Positions 39,048 to 49,828 of a stretch of 64,000 nucleotides of DNA are shown here, piece after piece. Origin of the DNA: Azolla caroliniana (Eukaryota; Plantae; Polypodiophyta); contig JBHGNT010000001.1 in NCBI GenBank assembly GCA_043228905.1, forward strand, positions 1 to 64,000. The letters run 5' to 3'. Both the position numbers and the translations under genes were made by a program. The notes under the pieces are model-generated. The model had not been told where the DNA came from. It did no database searches and was given only the letters and a program-made list of their open reading frames with translations. How positions within the stretch are numbered: position 1 is the stretch's first letter; the number at the start of each line of letters is the position of its first letter.

Positions 39048-42000
39048 CTCAAGATTACAGAAAAACAAAAAACTGTATTACAAGGAGACGAGAATGACCA
39101 ACAATAACTAAGTTACAAAAGGTTGGTTTAAATACCAGCTGATCTAGGACAAGTGCCCTTTCTACTAATTACAGAATTAGCCTAGTATATTGTCTAATGA
39201 CTAGTGTGAACACTGTCTCTATGGGAAGTTGAGTTCGATTCTCAACATGCCCCTTCGAACACAACTTCCGGATGCTGAATGGTTATTTCGGTTCAGTCTT
39301 CGAAATACAGTGTCGCGAAGATGCGCATGCGTGCGTGCTTCGCTTGAGCCGGACCACCGGGGTCTCGGACCGAGGAGGAGGTTCGCAAATTTGTCCAAAA
39401 GACAATGATGTGAAATTAAGAGTCGAGGAAACACTATTACACTTGAAAAGATCGAAGATTTTTATACTTGAGAAGAAGATAGATGTCAAGAAGAGTATTA
39501 TATTATTATTGATGATGATGATGATGATCTCCAAATTGACCCCCCCTTACACAAGCCTTACAAGGGTTTTTATAGGTCTATCCATGCTTCTATCATGCAC
39601 AAAACCATGGGCTTGGATCCATGGTTTTTGGGCACACAGTTTTTCTTGTGCATGCACAAAACCATGGGCTTGGAACATGGTTTTGTGCACACGGTTTTGT
39701 ACGATTGTTTTCCTATGCCTTTTGAATATGAAAAGAAATACAAAAATATTTAAAGTACTTGGTAGTAGACCTAATGGTAAGATAAATGTCGCTTATCTTG
39801 GAGGTGCAAGGTTCAAATCTTGCTTGCACCCCTTTATATGCACTTGAATGCTACTAGGCCCTAGGATAATTTTCATATTTATAATCGTTTGTGTAATGTG
39901 GGTGGAACTACACTATTTCACAATTTCTCCCATTGGACACGCAACATCACGACATCCACCCCCACCAAACCGCACATCCTCCGACATGAAGAAAAGAGTG
40001 ATGTGGTGGACTCAAAGGTGGTTGGCCTTTGATTTCTTTCTTTCTTACGCCTCACTTGTGGTGGCCTTTGTCCTCCATTTTGAGCACATGCATTCCTTCC
40101 ACCCAAACCATCGTCGCCACCCAATTAACCATATCATTCGCTCGCCCTTCGTATTGCCATCACCACTTCTCATAGCCCCTTTTGCTCCTCCTAAGTGTAA
40201 CCCTTCATGCATCGTACATGTGCCGCCTTTGTCTCGACCATCTCCTTGGTCATCAAACTTCCTCCGATCGTCCTTTCTCATCTCATGCTTGCATTTCCTC
40301 ATGCTCAGCAGCCTCGACTGGGTGTCGTGGCTCCTCTGCTTTGACCTTCGGCTTGGTCGGCTCAACTTTTGTCTGGATAGGTCTCGACCAATCAGCTTCT
40401 GGCTTGGTCGGTCTTCTTCCGAATTCGCATTCGGCAGAATCATACTCAGACGATTGGCTTCCTTCTAGGTCGGCATCCGTCCGGGTTTCGGTTGGGTCGG
40501 GCCCGGTTTATCAGCTCTCGTCCGGGTCAGCTTACGTTCAGGTCGGAATACCAACCGCTGCATCTTCCATCCGGATTGTCTTCCGATTCTTCCTTTCTTG
40601 CCGCTCTCTAGCTCTTCATCAAACTCTATTGTAGCTTTGTTCTTGGCCTCCTTGTTGGCCACCATTCCTCCATATGTGATGGCTTCAACCCTCATCTCCT
40701 CGCTGTCACCTTCCATCTCTCAGGTCTTATGTTGGCTCTCGTGCACAATTGCCGAAGTCTCCGAAACCGGTGTGAGGGATCCCTTAGTTTGTGGTCATCG
40801 TCCTCATCGCCGCTTTGGTCCTTCGATTTCTTGCCGTCACCTTCCATCTCTCCGGTCTCACGTTGGCACTGGGCACAACTGCCGAAGTCTCAGGAACAAT
40901 TGTGGGGAGAACCTCGGCACCATCGGTCACCGTCTTTTCATCCATAGCCATCTTTCGCTCAACGTTGTTATTCGTATTGTCTTCAATATTTGCTTCCCCA
41001 CCACTTTCTGTCTCTTGGGTCTCATGTTGGCTCTCGGACGCAACTGCCCAACTCTCTAGATCAAGTGTTGGGAAAGTCTCGACACGGTCATCTGTCGTGG
41101 ACTCTTCTAGAGCCATCTGCGACTCGATGTCATTCCTCATGGCTACTGCCTCAATCACGTTGACCTCGCACTCTTCATCTCCCTTGATCACGCAAGCTTT
41201 GCTCATGCTTGCACCTTCATCACTGGATATTTCGGACACAACGTATGTTCTGAAATGCTCGTCCACTCTTAAAGCGGCATTTCCCGCTCTCGAGTCTCTA
41301 AGCTTTCTCTTGACCGTCGTTCCTCCGTAAGTCGAGAAGGTTCCACACCTTCTCCCGTTGTACTGTTGTACCGAACCCGGGCCTTCATATTGGCCGTATC
41401 CTTACTCCACCTTTGTTGGGAGGTCTCTTCTTCCCTAATCACCAATTGCCTCGGTTTTGGCTCCATTCTAGGCTTCTCTTTGGCCTTGACTTGCACCTTT
41501 AAACTCTCATATGCCTCTTTTACGAAGGCCTCTATGTCGAGTACCGACCTATCTCCCCACTTCGAGCTCTCTTCCTTTAGTGGTGGCACGTTGTTGCATG
41601 CCGTTCCTCTTTGATCTTCCCTCATGGGTCGTGACGATGTCGACAAGATTCCCATCTTCCTCTTGTCATGTCACCGGCATACTCTTTCAACTTCAGCCCA
41701 ATTCTCGGTGAGGCCATTTGCCCCATCATCATCTTCAAGTTGGATGCCAATTGCCTTCCTTTCCTTTCGATCAACCGACTTTACGAACATAAGGACTTTA
41801 CTCGTCCCTACCAATCCTTGATCCTGCTCTGAGAGTTCAGCGAAGCGACATTCAAACTCAACAAATGCATGCATAACACTCTGGTGGGTCTTCGTCGATG
41901 ACACCCATTGGTCAAACTCGTATAGACCTCATCCCTTTGGTTCTTCATAACCATATGCCTCTCGTAAAGCTTCTTCGAAGGACACCCACGAATCGTGAAG

Positions 42001-43371
42001 TTTTTGAAGCTCTTTCATCTCATTGTAGATTGGTTCGTCCACCACTCGGCAAAAGTACTCCAGCCTCATTGCTTCATTCACACCTCTCGAATCCATCTCG
42101 GCATTGTACGCATTTAGAAAATTTTGCACTTCGCCCCCGTTGAAACATCCGACTCGCTCGACCACGCTTTCGACAGCTTGTTGGGCCGCATCTCGTCTTT
42201 TCCCTTCTCTCCAAAATTCCATCATCATCTTTGCCATGGGCTTCATGAGATATTCCTCATCCATCTTCATCCTCCCCTACCGCTCTTCACATCGGGTTCA
42301 CCAAAAAGATGTTGCGAAGATTGAGCGGGACCACTAGGGTCTCGAACCGGGGAGGAGGTTCGCAAATTTGTCCAAAAGACAACGATGTGAACGTAAGAGT
42401 TGAGGAAACACTATTACACTTGAAAAGATCGAAGATTTTTATACTTGAGAAGAAGATAGATGTCAAGAAGAAGAATAAGAAGAGTATTATATTATTATTG
42501 ATGATGATGATGATCTCCAAATTGACCCCCCCCTTACACAAGCCTTACGAGGGTTTTTATAGGTCTATCCATGCTTCTATCATGCACAACCATGGGCTTG
42601 GATCCATGGTTTTTGGGCACACGGTTTTTCTTGTGCATGCATTTGTGCACACTGTTTTGTACGGTTGTTTTCCTATGCCTTTTGAATATGAAAAGAAATA
42701 CATGACATTTTAAGTAGCCCTAATGGTAAGATAAATGTCTCTTATCTTGGAGGTCCTTATCTTGGAGGTGCAAGGTTCAAATCTTGCTTGCACCCCTCTA
42801 TATGCACTCGAATGCCATTAGGCCCTAGGATAATTTTCATATTTATAATCATTTGTGTAATGTGCGTGGAACTACACTATTTCACAATTTCTCCCATTGG
42901 ACACGCAACATCACGACAACGGCTTTTCGGCTTTCGGGATCTTCGAACTTCGGTTATTCGGCTTTTTGGCTTTTCATCTTTCGAGATCTCAAGATCTTCG
43001 AACTTCAGTTGTTCGGCTTTTCGTGCTCCTTGTTCGGCTTGACTGTCTATTCGTACTTCGACTCCTCTGGTCGGTTTCGATCGACTGATCAGTTACTGTT
43101 CATCATCAAATACTTCTGTACTTCCCCTCAAGCGCGGTTGGTCAATGATCGAGAGACCAAGGTTCGTCGCGAATTGTTGCAGCTTGTCGATACCCAGGGC
43201 TTTTGTGAAGATGTCAACTACTTGAAGATTCATGCTGATATGTTATAAATCGACACTCCATCCTGAACGCGCTTACGGATGAAGTGGTAGTGCACTTTGA
43301 TGTGCTTAGTCCGCGCGTGGAACACAGGGTTCCGAGCCAGGTAGATATTGCTCATGTTGTCGAAGTATAGG
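39000..43371 (-). mobile_element. Old Ty1/copia 3' remnant (RNase H end, PPT, 3' LTR to 39247), interrupted by later insertions
   Basis: DNMSNIYLARNPVFHARTKHIKVHYHFIR at 43230-43370; GAAGGGGCA-TGTTGAGA PPT/LTR junction at ~39240-39258. Confidence 0.65.
39311..42918 (-). mobile_element. Non-autonomous gypsy-type LTR element (gag-like remnants, no pol), tRNA-Trp primed
   Basis: LTRs 39311-39954 and 42310-42918 (TGT(C/T)GCGAAGA...CACGACA); PBS TGGTGAACCCGATGTGAA at ~42286-42303; PPT GGTGGGGGTGGA next to 39954; flanks ACAG/ACGG; gag-like FNGGEVQNFLNAYNAEM. Confidence 0.85.
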
Positions 43372-45013
43372 TGTTGTCCGCCGAAATAGTAACCGATGGA
43401 CAAGAGCGTAGGAATAGGAAATAATATAAGATTGTAACGCATGTAACGGTTCACGCAGGAAGCGTGAACGGCTAAAAGACCATGCGTATATAAAGGGCAT
43501 AAAACCTCTGATATAGGTAGCGTGTAATTTTGGAATGAAAAGAGCGTATCGTAATAGATTCTATCTTCTCTGATACCTGTGTATAGCTACGGCTAATCTA
43601 TTGTGTGCCTGTAATACCTAAGAGTGTAGAAGTAAGCAACGTGAGTGTGTAGCCACTGTTAAGGAGTTTGGTTGTAGTCGCCTCCCTTATACACTGCTAG
43701 GTTATGGGGAACATTCCCCTACGTTGTCGCGAAGTTTCGCACGTGCGTGGTGAAAGGTGGGACCACGGGGGTCTTGGTCTAGGGAGTGACAGAGCGTGGG
43801 AAGTCGACTTCTCTCCGGTCCTAGCTGCACTGGTTGTGGCACGAACCGAAGCGATTCCGGACACGTACCGGTGGCTACCAAACGCAAGAGAGGAAGAGAG
43901 GGAGAGAAAACGCGTGTAACACCGACACAACACACACCTCTTATGTACAGGAAACACAGGGAAGGGAAAGCTCCCGACACCGACAGAGACACAAATATGC
44001 ACAACCCTGTATATATATATATGATTACAAGAGTGAGTTACTACTCCGACTCCGATTGAGGTAGGCTAGGTCGCAACGACAGTCTGCCGCCAAGGCGCCG
44101 TCGGGGAGCTCTTGGGCTCATCGCGCCGAGCGGGGTCTTGCACAGAGGCCGAGCAGAAGCAACCTACAACAGGGAGAGATACCAGCTCGGCCGCGAGCCG
44201 GCTACGCACAGAAGAAGAAGAGTTAACCTAATAGCTTTCCCGCCATAGCTGCCGCTCGAGTTCTCGAGAAGGAGAAGAAAAGAAACTAAGAAGAGAAAGA
44301 ATGTAGCTAACCCTAGAAAGAAACACAAAACGGTATACCTTTAAGACTAAAAAATGGGCAACCCTTCTACAAGGGTGTTGGGAATCAACGCTTCGATTCA
44401 CCTTCTTCCCTCGGCCACAACCGAGTAATCACGGATCAATGCAGCAGAAAATAGGAAATACAGAGAAAGACACGATACACAGGGATTAACGTGGAAAACC
44501 CTATACGGGAAAAACCACGGGAGTGCGAGATGTTGGAGACAAAGTCGTCAGTGCGGAAGATCAAGGAGCATTCGAGTGCTGCTGAATACCTGCGTATGAC
44601 TGTTTCTATGTCATTGCACAGAGAGAGAGTGAGAGAGAGAGAGAGGGACACAAAAGAGTTTCTTATTTCATAAAGTAATAATACAACATCCAACCTTACA
44701 AAAAGGTTACAAGGTCACTATATATAGTGACCGACTTAGGGCAACTACCCTTTATGCTAATTACATAAATGGCCAAAACGGGATAGTGTGAATACGTCCA
44801 TTATACACATGTATTCGACACTCCCCCGTAATGGGCGTATACATGGGTTATCTAAGATTACAGGTATAGACTTAGGTTCTCGGACATATCAGCTTTGTTC
44901 GAGTCGGCAGGGTCCGAAGGCAGAAGACCGAACTGGTCGGGTCGGAACAGTTGAAGCCGATCATTAAGGAACTGATGTCGGTTGTCGGAAACCATCCTGC
45001 GCTGTGTCCGGCT

Positions 45014-48000
45014 CTAACCGGACTGGTTTGTCGTTACGCCCATCTGATGCCGAAGAGACCGAAAGCGGTCTGCCGAAAGACACTTGGTCATTCCATCTGC
45101 GACATTGTCGGTTGTGGATATTTTCTCTAGACCGATTTTCCCTGAAATGACGCAGTCCCGAACGAAGTGATATCGAACGTCGATATGTTTGGAGGCGTTG
45201 TGGTGAACCGGATTTTTTGACAAGGCAACAGCACCTTGACTGTCGCTATAGACAACTGGAGCCGAGTCATGGTCGACTTGTTGAAACGTGTGCGCCAGCC
45301 GACCGAGCCACAAAGCTTCTTTTGCTGCGTCGGACGCAGCTACATATTCTGCTTCGGTCGTTGAGGTCGCTGTGCACTCCTGAAGTTTCGACTTCCACGA
45401 GATTGCTCCATTGCCGAATTTGAAGCAGTATCCGGTTGTTGATTTCCGACTGTCTATACAGCCGGCGAAGTCCGAGTCGGTGTAACCGACTACGCCTGAG
45501 GTTCGGTTCGGACCGAAAAGAATGCCGTGGTCTTTTGTGCCAGCCAGATATCTGAACACATGCTTGACTGCGTTCCAATGCGATCGGCCAGGATTGTGCA
45601 TAAATCTGCTAACGACTCCTACGGCGTGAGAAATATCAGGCCGTGTCGCGACCATCAGGTACATAAGGGAGCCGACTGCCGGTGCATACGGTACCGACTT
45701 CATATCTTCCCCCTCCGGACCGGATGTCGGGCAGTCTCGCTGAGAGAGCCGAAGATTCATAGGGAGCGGGGTTGAAGCAGATTTGGCTGATTGCATGTTG
45801 AAGCGTTCTAAGACACGTCCGATATAGTCGGTCTGAGACAAAAAAAGATGTCGTTTATCGCGATGCCGACTAATTTTCATGCCAAGGATGTGTCGTGCCG
45901 GACCGAGGTCCTTCATGGCAAACTTCAACCGCAGTTGCCGAATGAGATCGGCAAGTTCGCCCGCGTGGCGTCCAGAAATTAGCATGTCGTCCACGTAAAT
46001 GATGAGGAAGATGGGTGATCCATCTTGAGCTGTGTTGGTAAAGAGACAATGGTCCTCATCGCTTTTTGAGAAGCCGATCGATTGGATGAAGTCGTCGAAC
46101 TTCTTGTACCATTGTCGTGGTGCCTGTTTGAGGCCGTATAGACTCTTCCTGAGTCGGCAGACTAGATGTTCTTGGCCGGTTGCCACGAAGCCTTTTGGCT
46201 GCTCCATATAAATTTCCTCGTCAAGATCACCATGGAGGAATGCTGTTTTGACATCTAGCTGAATCAGCTCCAAGTTGTCGGCTGCCACTACGCCGAGTAG
46301 AAAACGAAGGGTTGTCATTTTCACCACTGGTGAAAAAATCTCGTCGAAGTCGACGCCATATTCTTGTCGGAAGCCCTTCGCAACTAATCTGGCCTTGTAC
46401 TTTGGGGTGGTCGAATCAGACGTCTCTTTTAGTCGATAAACCCACTTGCAAGGAAGAGCACGTCGGTTCCTAGGTAATTCGACCAGATCCCAAGTCTTGT
46501 TTGCCCGAATGGAGTGCATTTCCGACTCCATCGCCAGATGCCAGGTGGCGGAATCGACAGATGTCGATGCTTCTTCGTAAGACGTCGGTTCGCCGGCGTC
46601 GGTGAAGAAAATTCCAGGAGAATACCTCTCCGGAGGTTGCGACAGTCTCTCGGATCGGCGAGGTAAGATTGGACTGGTCGCATCGGGTATCAAGGCCGGA
46701 TGGTCCGAAAGCGGATTGTTCTGCTGTGCCGAGTCGGGGTTGTCCGAGTCGGTAGTGTAAGGTTCAGCTACCCGTGAAGCTGACCGTGTGTTGAGAGCAG
46801 GGCCTTCTTGAAGGGTCGGCACATCGGAAAATGTTACCCTTCGGACTTCGATCGGTTTTTCGACTGATGGATTCATAGCCGACTCGTTGAACACAACGTC
46901 CGAACTTCGAACGATTTGTCTGCGTTCGGGGTCCCAGAGTCGGTATCCCATTTCGCCGTCGGATCCATATCCGAGGAAAATGCATTTCCTGGACCGAGGT
47001 GCAAGTTTTCGGCGATCATCTTTCGGAATGAGGGCGTACGCCTCGCATCCGAAGATCCTCAGCTTGTCGTAATTCGGCTTACTGCCGATCCATAGTTCCT
47101 GAGGAATTTGAAGTCCTAGAGGTCTACTTGGCGACATATTGATTATGTGTACTGCCGTGAGTAGAGCCTCTGCCCAGAAGCCATCCGACAGTCCGGAGTG
47201 TTGGAGCATGGAAACTGTCCGTTCTTGGATTGTCCGATTCATTCGTTCTGCAATACCGTTTTGCTCCGGACTGTGTGGTGCCGTAAGTTCACGTCGGATG
47301 CCGCGTTGTCGGCAGAATTTGACGAATTCTTCGGATTTAAACTCTCCCCCGTTGTCGGTTCGAAAGCATTTCAGCTTTCGGTCGGTTTGATTTTCCACCA
47401 TAGCGAGCCAATCGGTGAAGATCGAGAAGACACGATCTTTGGTGCGAATTGGATAAGCCCACACCTTTCGAGTCGAATCGTCAATAAAACTGACGAAGTA
47501 AGAGGCACCGCCAAGAGACTGATGCGGCATTGGGCCACAGACGTCCGAGTGGACCAAATCGAGAGGTCTCGTTTCTCTTGGTGCTGATGTCGGGTGTGAT
47601 GCGGCTGCTTGTTTGCCATACTGGCAATGCTCGCAGAATTGATGGTCAGAGAAGGAGAGTTTAGGGATGTATCCGGCTCTAGATAGGTGCGTGATGCCGG
47701 CCTTGCTGAGGTGTCCTAATCTTCTGTGCCATAGTGATGACACAGGAATATCCACCAAAAACAGGTTACCCTCTCTGAGCGTAACATGTAACGGATACAG
47801 GGAGTGTATCTTGGGTCCTCTAGCAAGCAGGAGGTTCCCCCTGTGGAGTGTCCACCCTCCCGAAGAAAAACCGGCACGAATGCCGTCTTCATCTAGTTGT
47901 CCGACTGAGATCAATGGCCTTGAGAGCTCGGGTACGTGTCGGACATTGTGGAGTACAAGTGTAGAGCCACCTGCAAGGTTGAGCTCTACTGTGCCGATTC

Positions 48001-49027
48001 CGATGATGTCACAGTGTTGCGAGTTACCGACTCGAACTGAGTCGGAGTGACGGATCGTATATTGCCGAAATTGGGATCGATGAGGAGTCACGTGAAATGA
48101 CGCGCCCGAATCCAAGAGCCATGTGCTCGATTCTTCAGTCGTGAGCAGAACTTCTGATCCGACTGGATTTTCGATTGATAGGATATTCGGGTCGTCTGGT
48201 AGCACATCAGCCGAGAAGCTGACGTAATTGATCTCCTCATGCCGGCCACTCTTCTTGTTGTTCTTGTTCTTGAGTGCGCGGCAGTCGGCTTTGATGTGTC
48301 CGGGTTTCTTGCAGTAGTTGCAGATTCGGTTATCCCGTGACTGGCTCCGTCTTCGCTGATTGTTCGGCGGCCGTGAGGAATCTCTTCCTCGTATGTTCGA
48401 TCGGTCTGTCGAACCTTGTACTACGTAAGCGTCGTCTGTTGAGTCTTTGGCGAAAGACTTTCTCCGAGCTGCTTCGGTCAGGATTGCGCTCGTGACTTCG
48501 GAGTATTTAACAGCCGTGGTTGACGCGTTGCACACGGTTGTGACGAAAGTTTCCCATGATGAGGGAAGGCTGCTCATGAGTATCATTGCTCTGAGTTCAT
48601 CCTCGATTGCCGTCCCCTGTGACGAGATTTGGGAGCTTATGCTTTCGTACTCATTGAGGTGTGCTTGAACCGAATCAGATTCTTTCATCCGCAAGTTGTA
48701 GAGGCGCCGGATCAGAAACATCTTCGTTGCGGCGACCTTCTTTTCGTAAGTGTCCGACAGTGTTTTCCACAGTTCGAATGCTGTCGTACACGATTGCACC
48801 GTAAAGTATACCGATTCCGATAGGTGCATCCGAATCGTGGCGCGGACAATTCTGTCCAGCTTCTGCCACTCAATTGGTTTGTATCCTTCTGGAGGTTCTT
48901 CATTTTCGATGGGATCGATTTGCCCCTTGACTATGAGATAGTCCTGCATTTGCTCCTTCCAGAAGTTGAAGTTCGATCCATCGAACTTTCGTAGACTCAT
49001 TTCTGACGAGCCGGATGTTGATGCCAT
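45014..49027 (-). CDS. Copia B intact gag-pol polyprotein
   Basis: ~1337 aa ORF with CNYCKKPGHIKADC, WLLDSGAS, HHCC/DDE integrase, YVDD RT and RNase H. Confidence 0.95.
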   Translation of the reverse strand: MASTSGSSEMSLRKFDGSNFNFWKEQMQDYLIVKGQIDPIENEEPPEGYKPIEWQKLDRIVRATIRMHLSESVYFTVQSCTTAFELWKTLSDTYEKKVAATKMFLIRRLYNLRMKESDSVQAHLNEYESISSQISSQGTAIEDELRAMILMSSLPSSWETFVTTVCNASTTAVKYSEVTSAILTEAARRKSFAKDSTDDAYVVQGSTDRSNIRGRDSSRPPNNQRRRSQSRDNRICNYCKKPGHIKADCRALKNKNNKKSGRHEEINYVSFSADVLPDDPNILSIENPVGSEVLLTTEESSTWLLDSGASFHVTPHRSQFRQYTIRHSDSVRVGNSQHCDIIGIGTVELNLAGGSTLVLHNVRHVPELSRPLISVGQLDEDGIRAGFSSGGWTLHRGNLLLARGPKIHSLYPLHVTLREGNLFLVDIPVSSLWHRRLGHLSKAGITHLSRAGYIPKLSFSDHQFCEHCQYGKQAAASHPTSAPRETRPLDLVHSDVCGPMPHQSLGGASYFVSFIDDSTRKVWAYPIRTKDRVFSIFTDWLAMVENQTDRKLKCFRTDNGGEFKSEEFVKFCRQRGIRRELTAPHSPEQNGIAERMNRTIQERTVSMLQHSGLSDGFWAEALLTAVHIINMSPSRPLGLQIPQELWIGSKPNYDKLRIFGCEAYALIPKDDRRKLAPRSRKCIFLGYGSDGEMGYRLWDPERRQIVRSSDVVFNESAMNPSVEKPIEVRRVTFSDVPTLQEGPALNTRSASRVAEPYTTDSDNPDSAQQNNPLSDHPALIPDATSPILPRRSERLSQPPERYSPGIFFTDAGEPTSYEEASTSVDSATWHLAMESEMHSIRANKTWDLVELPRNRRALPCKWVYRLKETSDSTTPKYKARLVAKGFRQEYGVDFDEIFSPVVKMTTLRFLLGVVAADNLELIQLDVKTAFLHGDLDEEIYMEQPKGFVATGQEHLVCRLRKSLYGLKQAPRQWYKKFDDFIQSIGFSKSDEDHCLFTNTAQDGSPIFLIIYVDDMLISGRHAGELADLIRQLRLKFAMKDLGPARHILGMKISRHRDKRHLFLSQTDYIGRVLERFNMQSAKSASTPLPMNLRLSQRDCPTSGPEGEDMKSVPYAPAVGSLMYLMVATRPDISHAVGVVSRFMHNPGRSHWNAVKHVFRYLAGTKDHGILFGPNRTSGVVGYTDSDFAGCIDSRKSTTGYCFKFGNGAISWKSKLQECTATSTTEAEYVAASDAAKEALWLGRLAHTFQQVDHDSAPVVYSDSQGAVALSKNPVHHNASKHIDVRYHFVRDCVISGKIGLEKISTTDNVADGMTKCLSADRFRSLRHQMGVTTNQSG

Positions 49028-49828
49028 CAAATTTGGTTTCGGTTGACGAAGCTCGGTTCGGAGTTGACTACGAGCCTTGTTGGAGTGCAGCCGGTTGGCT
49101 CACCCGATATTGCTCTAGTCGGATTTGAACCCGAGTCGGTTCGGCTTCGGAACTTGCTCGAATTGACTCCGGTAGCTTGAGGGGCAGAACCGACTGGTCT
49201 TCCCGAATGTTGCCGAGTCGGAGTGAGCCCGGTTCGCTTCGGATATATATGCCGAATACCGATTATTGAAACCGATTATCTGGACCGATTCTGCTTCGGT
49301 TGACTGCAGCAACGAGAGAGACGGATCCAACTGATCCTCCCGAATGTCGATCAGCCAGATGAAGCACGAATTTGGGTTGTTGTCAATGTTGCACAAGGGG
49401 ATTTCACCTCGAGCGGTTACGATCACAAGGAACAGAGTACAACCTGCTGGCTTACTCCAAGCGAAGATGATCTAACGCGATGAGATGCAAACCTCGTTTT
49501 TCTTCTTCTTCTCTCTTCGAATGACGCAGGAAACCGAATACTGTGCAGGCTGAGACGACGGCCGACAACGGATTGAAGGACCGACTACTGTGCAGGCTCT
49601 GATACCAGATGTTGGAGACAAAGTCGTCAGTGCGGAAGATCAAGGAGCATTCGAGTGCTGCTGAATACCTGCGTATGACTGTTTCTATGTCGTTGCACAG
49701 AGAGAGAGTGAGAGAGAGAGAGAGGGACACAAAAGAGTTTCTTATTTCATAAAGTAATAATACAACATCCAACCTTACAAAAAGGTTACAAGGTCACTAT
49801 ATATAGTGACCGACTTAGGGCAACTACC

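Noticed and set aside
39762-39832. Functional tRNA gene
   Set aside because: No complete cloverleaf or anticodon arm; only the A/B boxes and T-arm remain, inside an LTR
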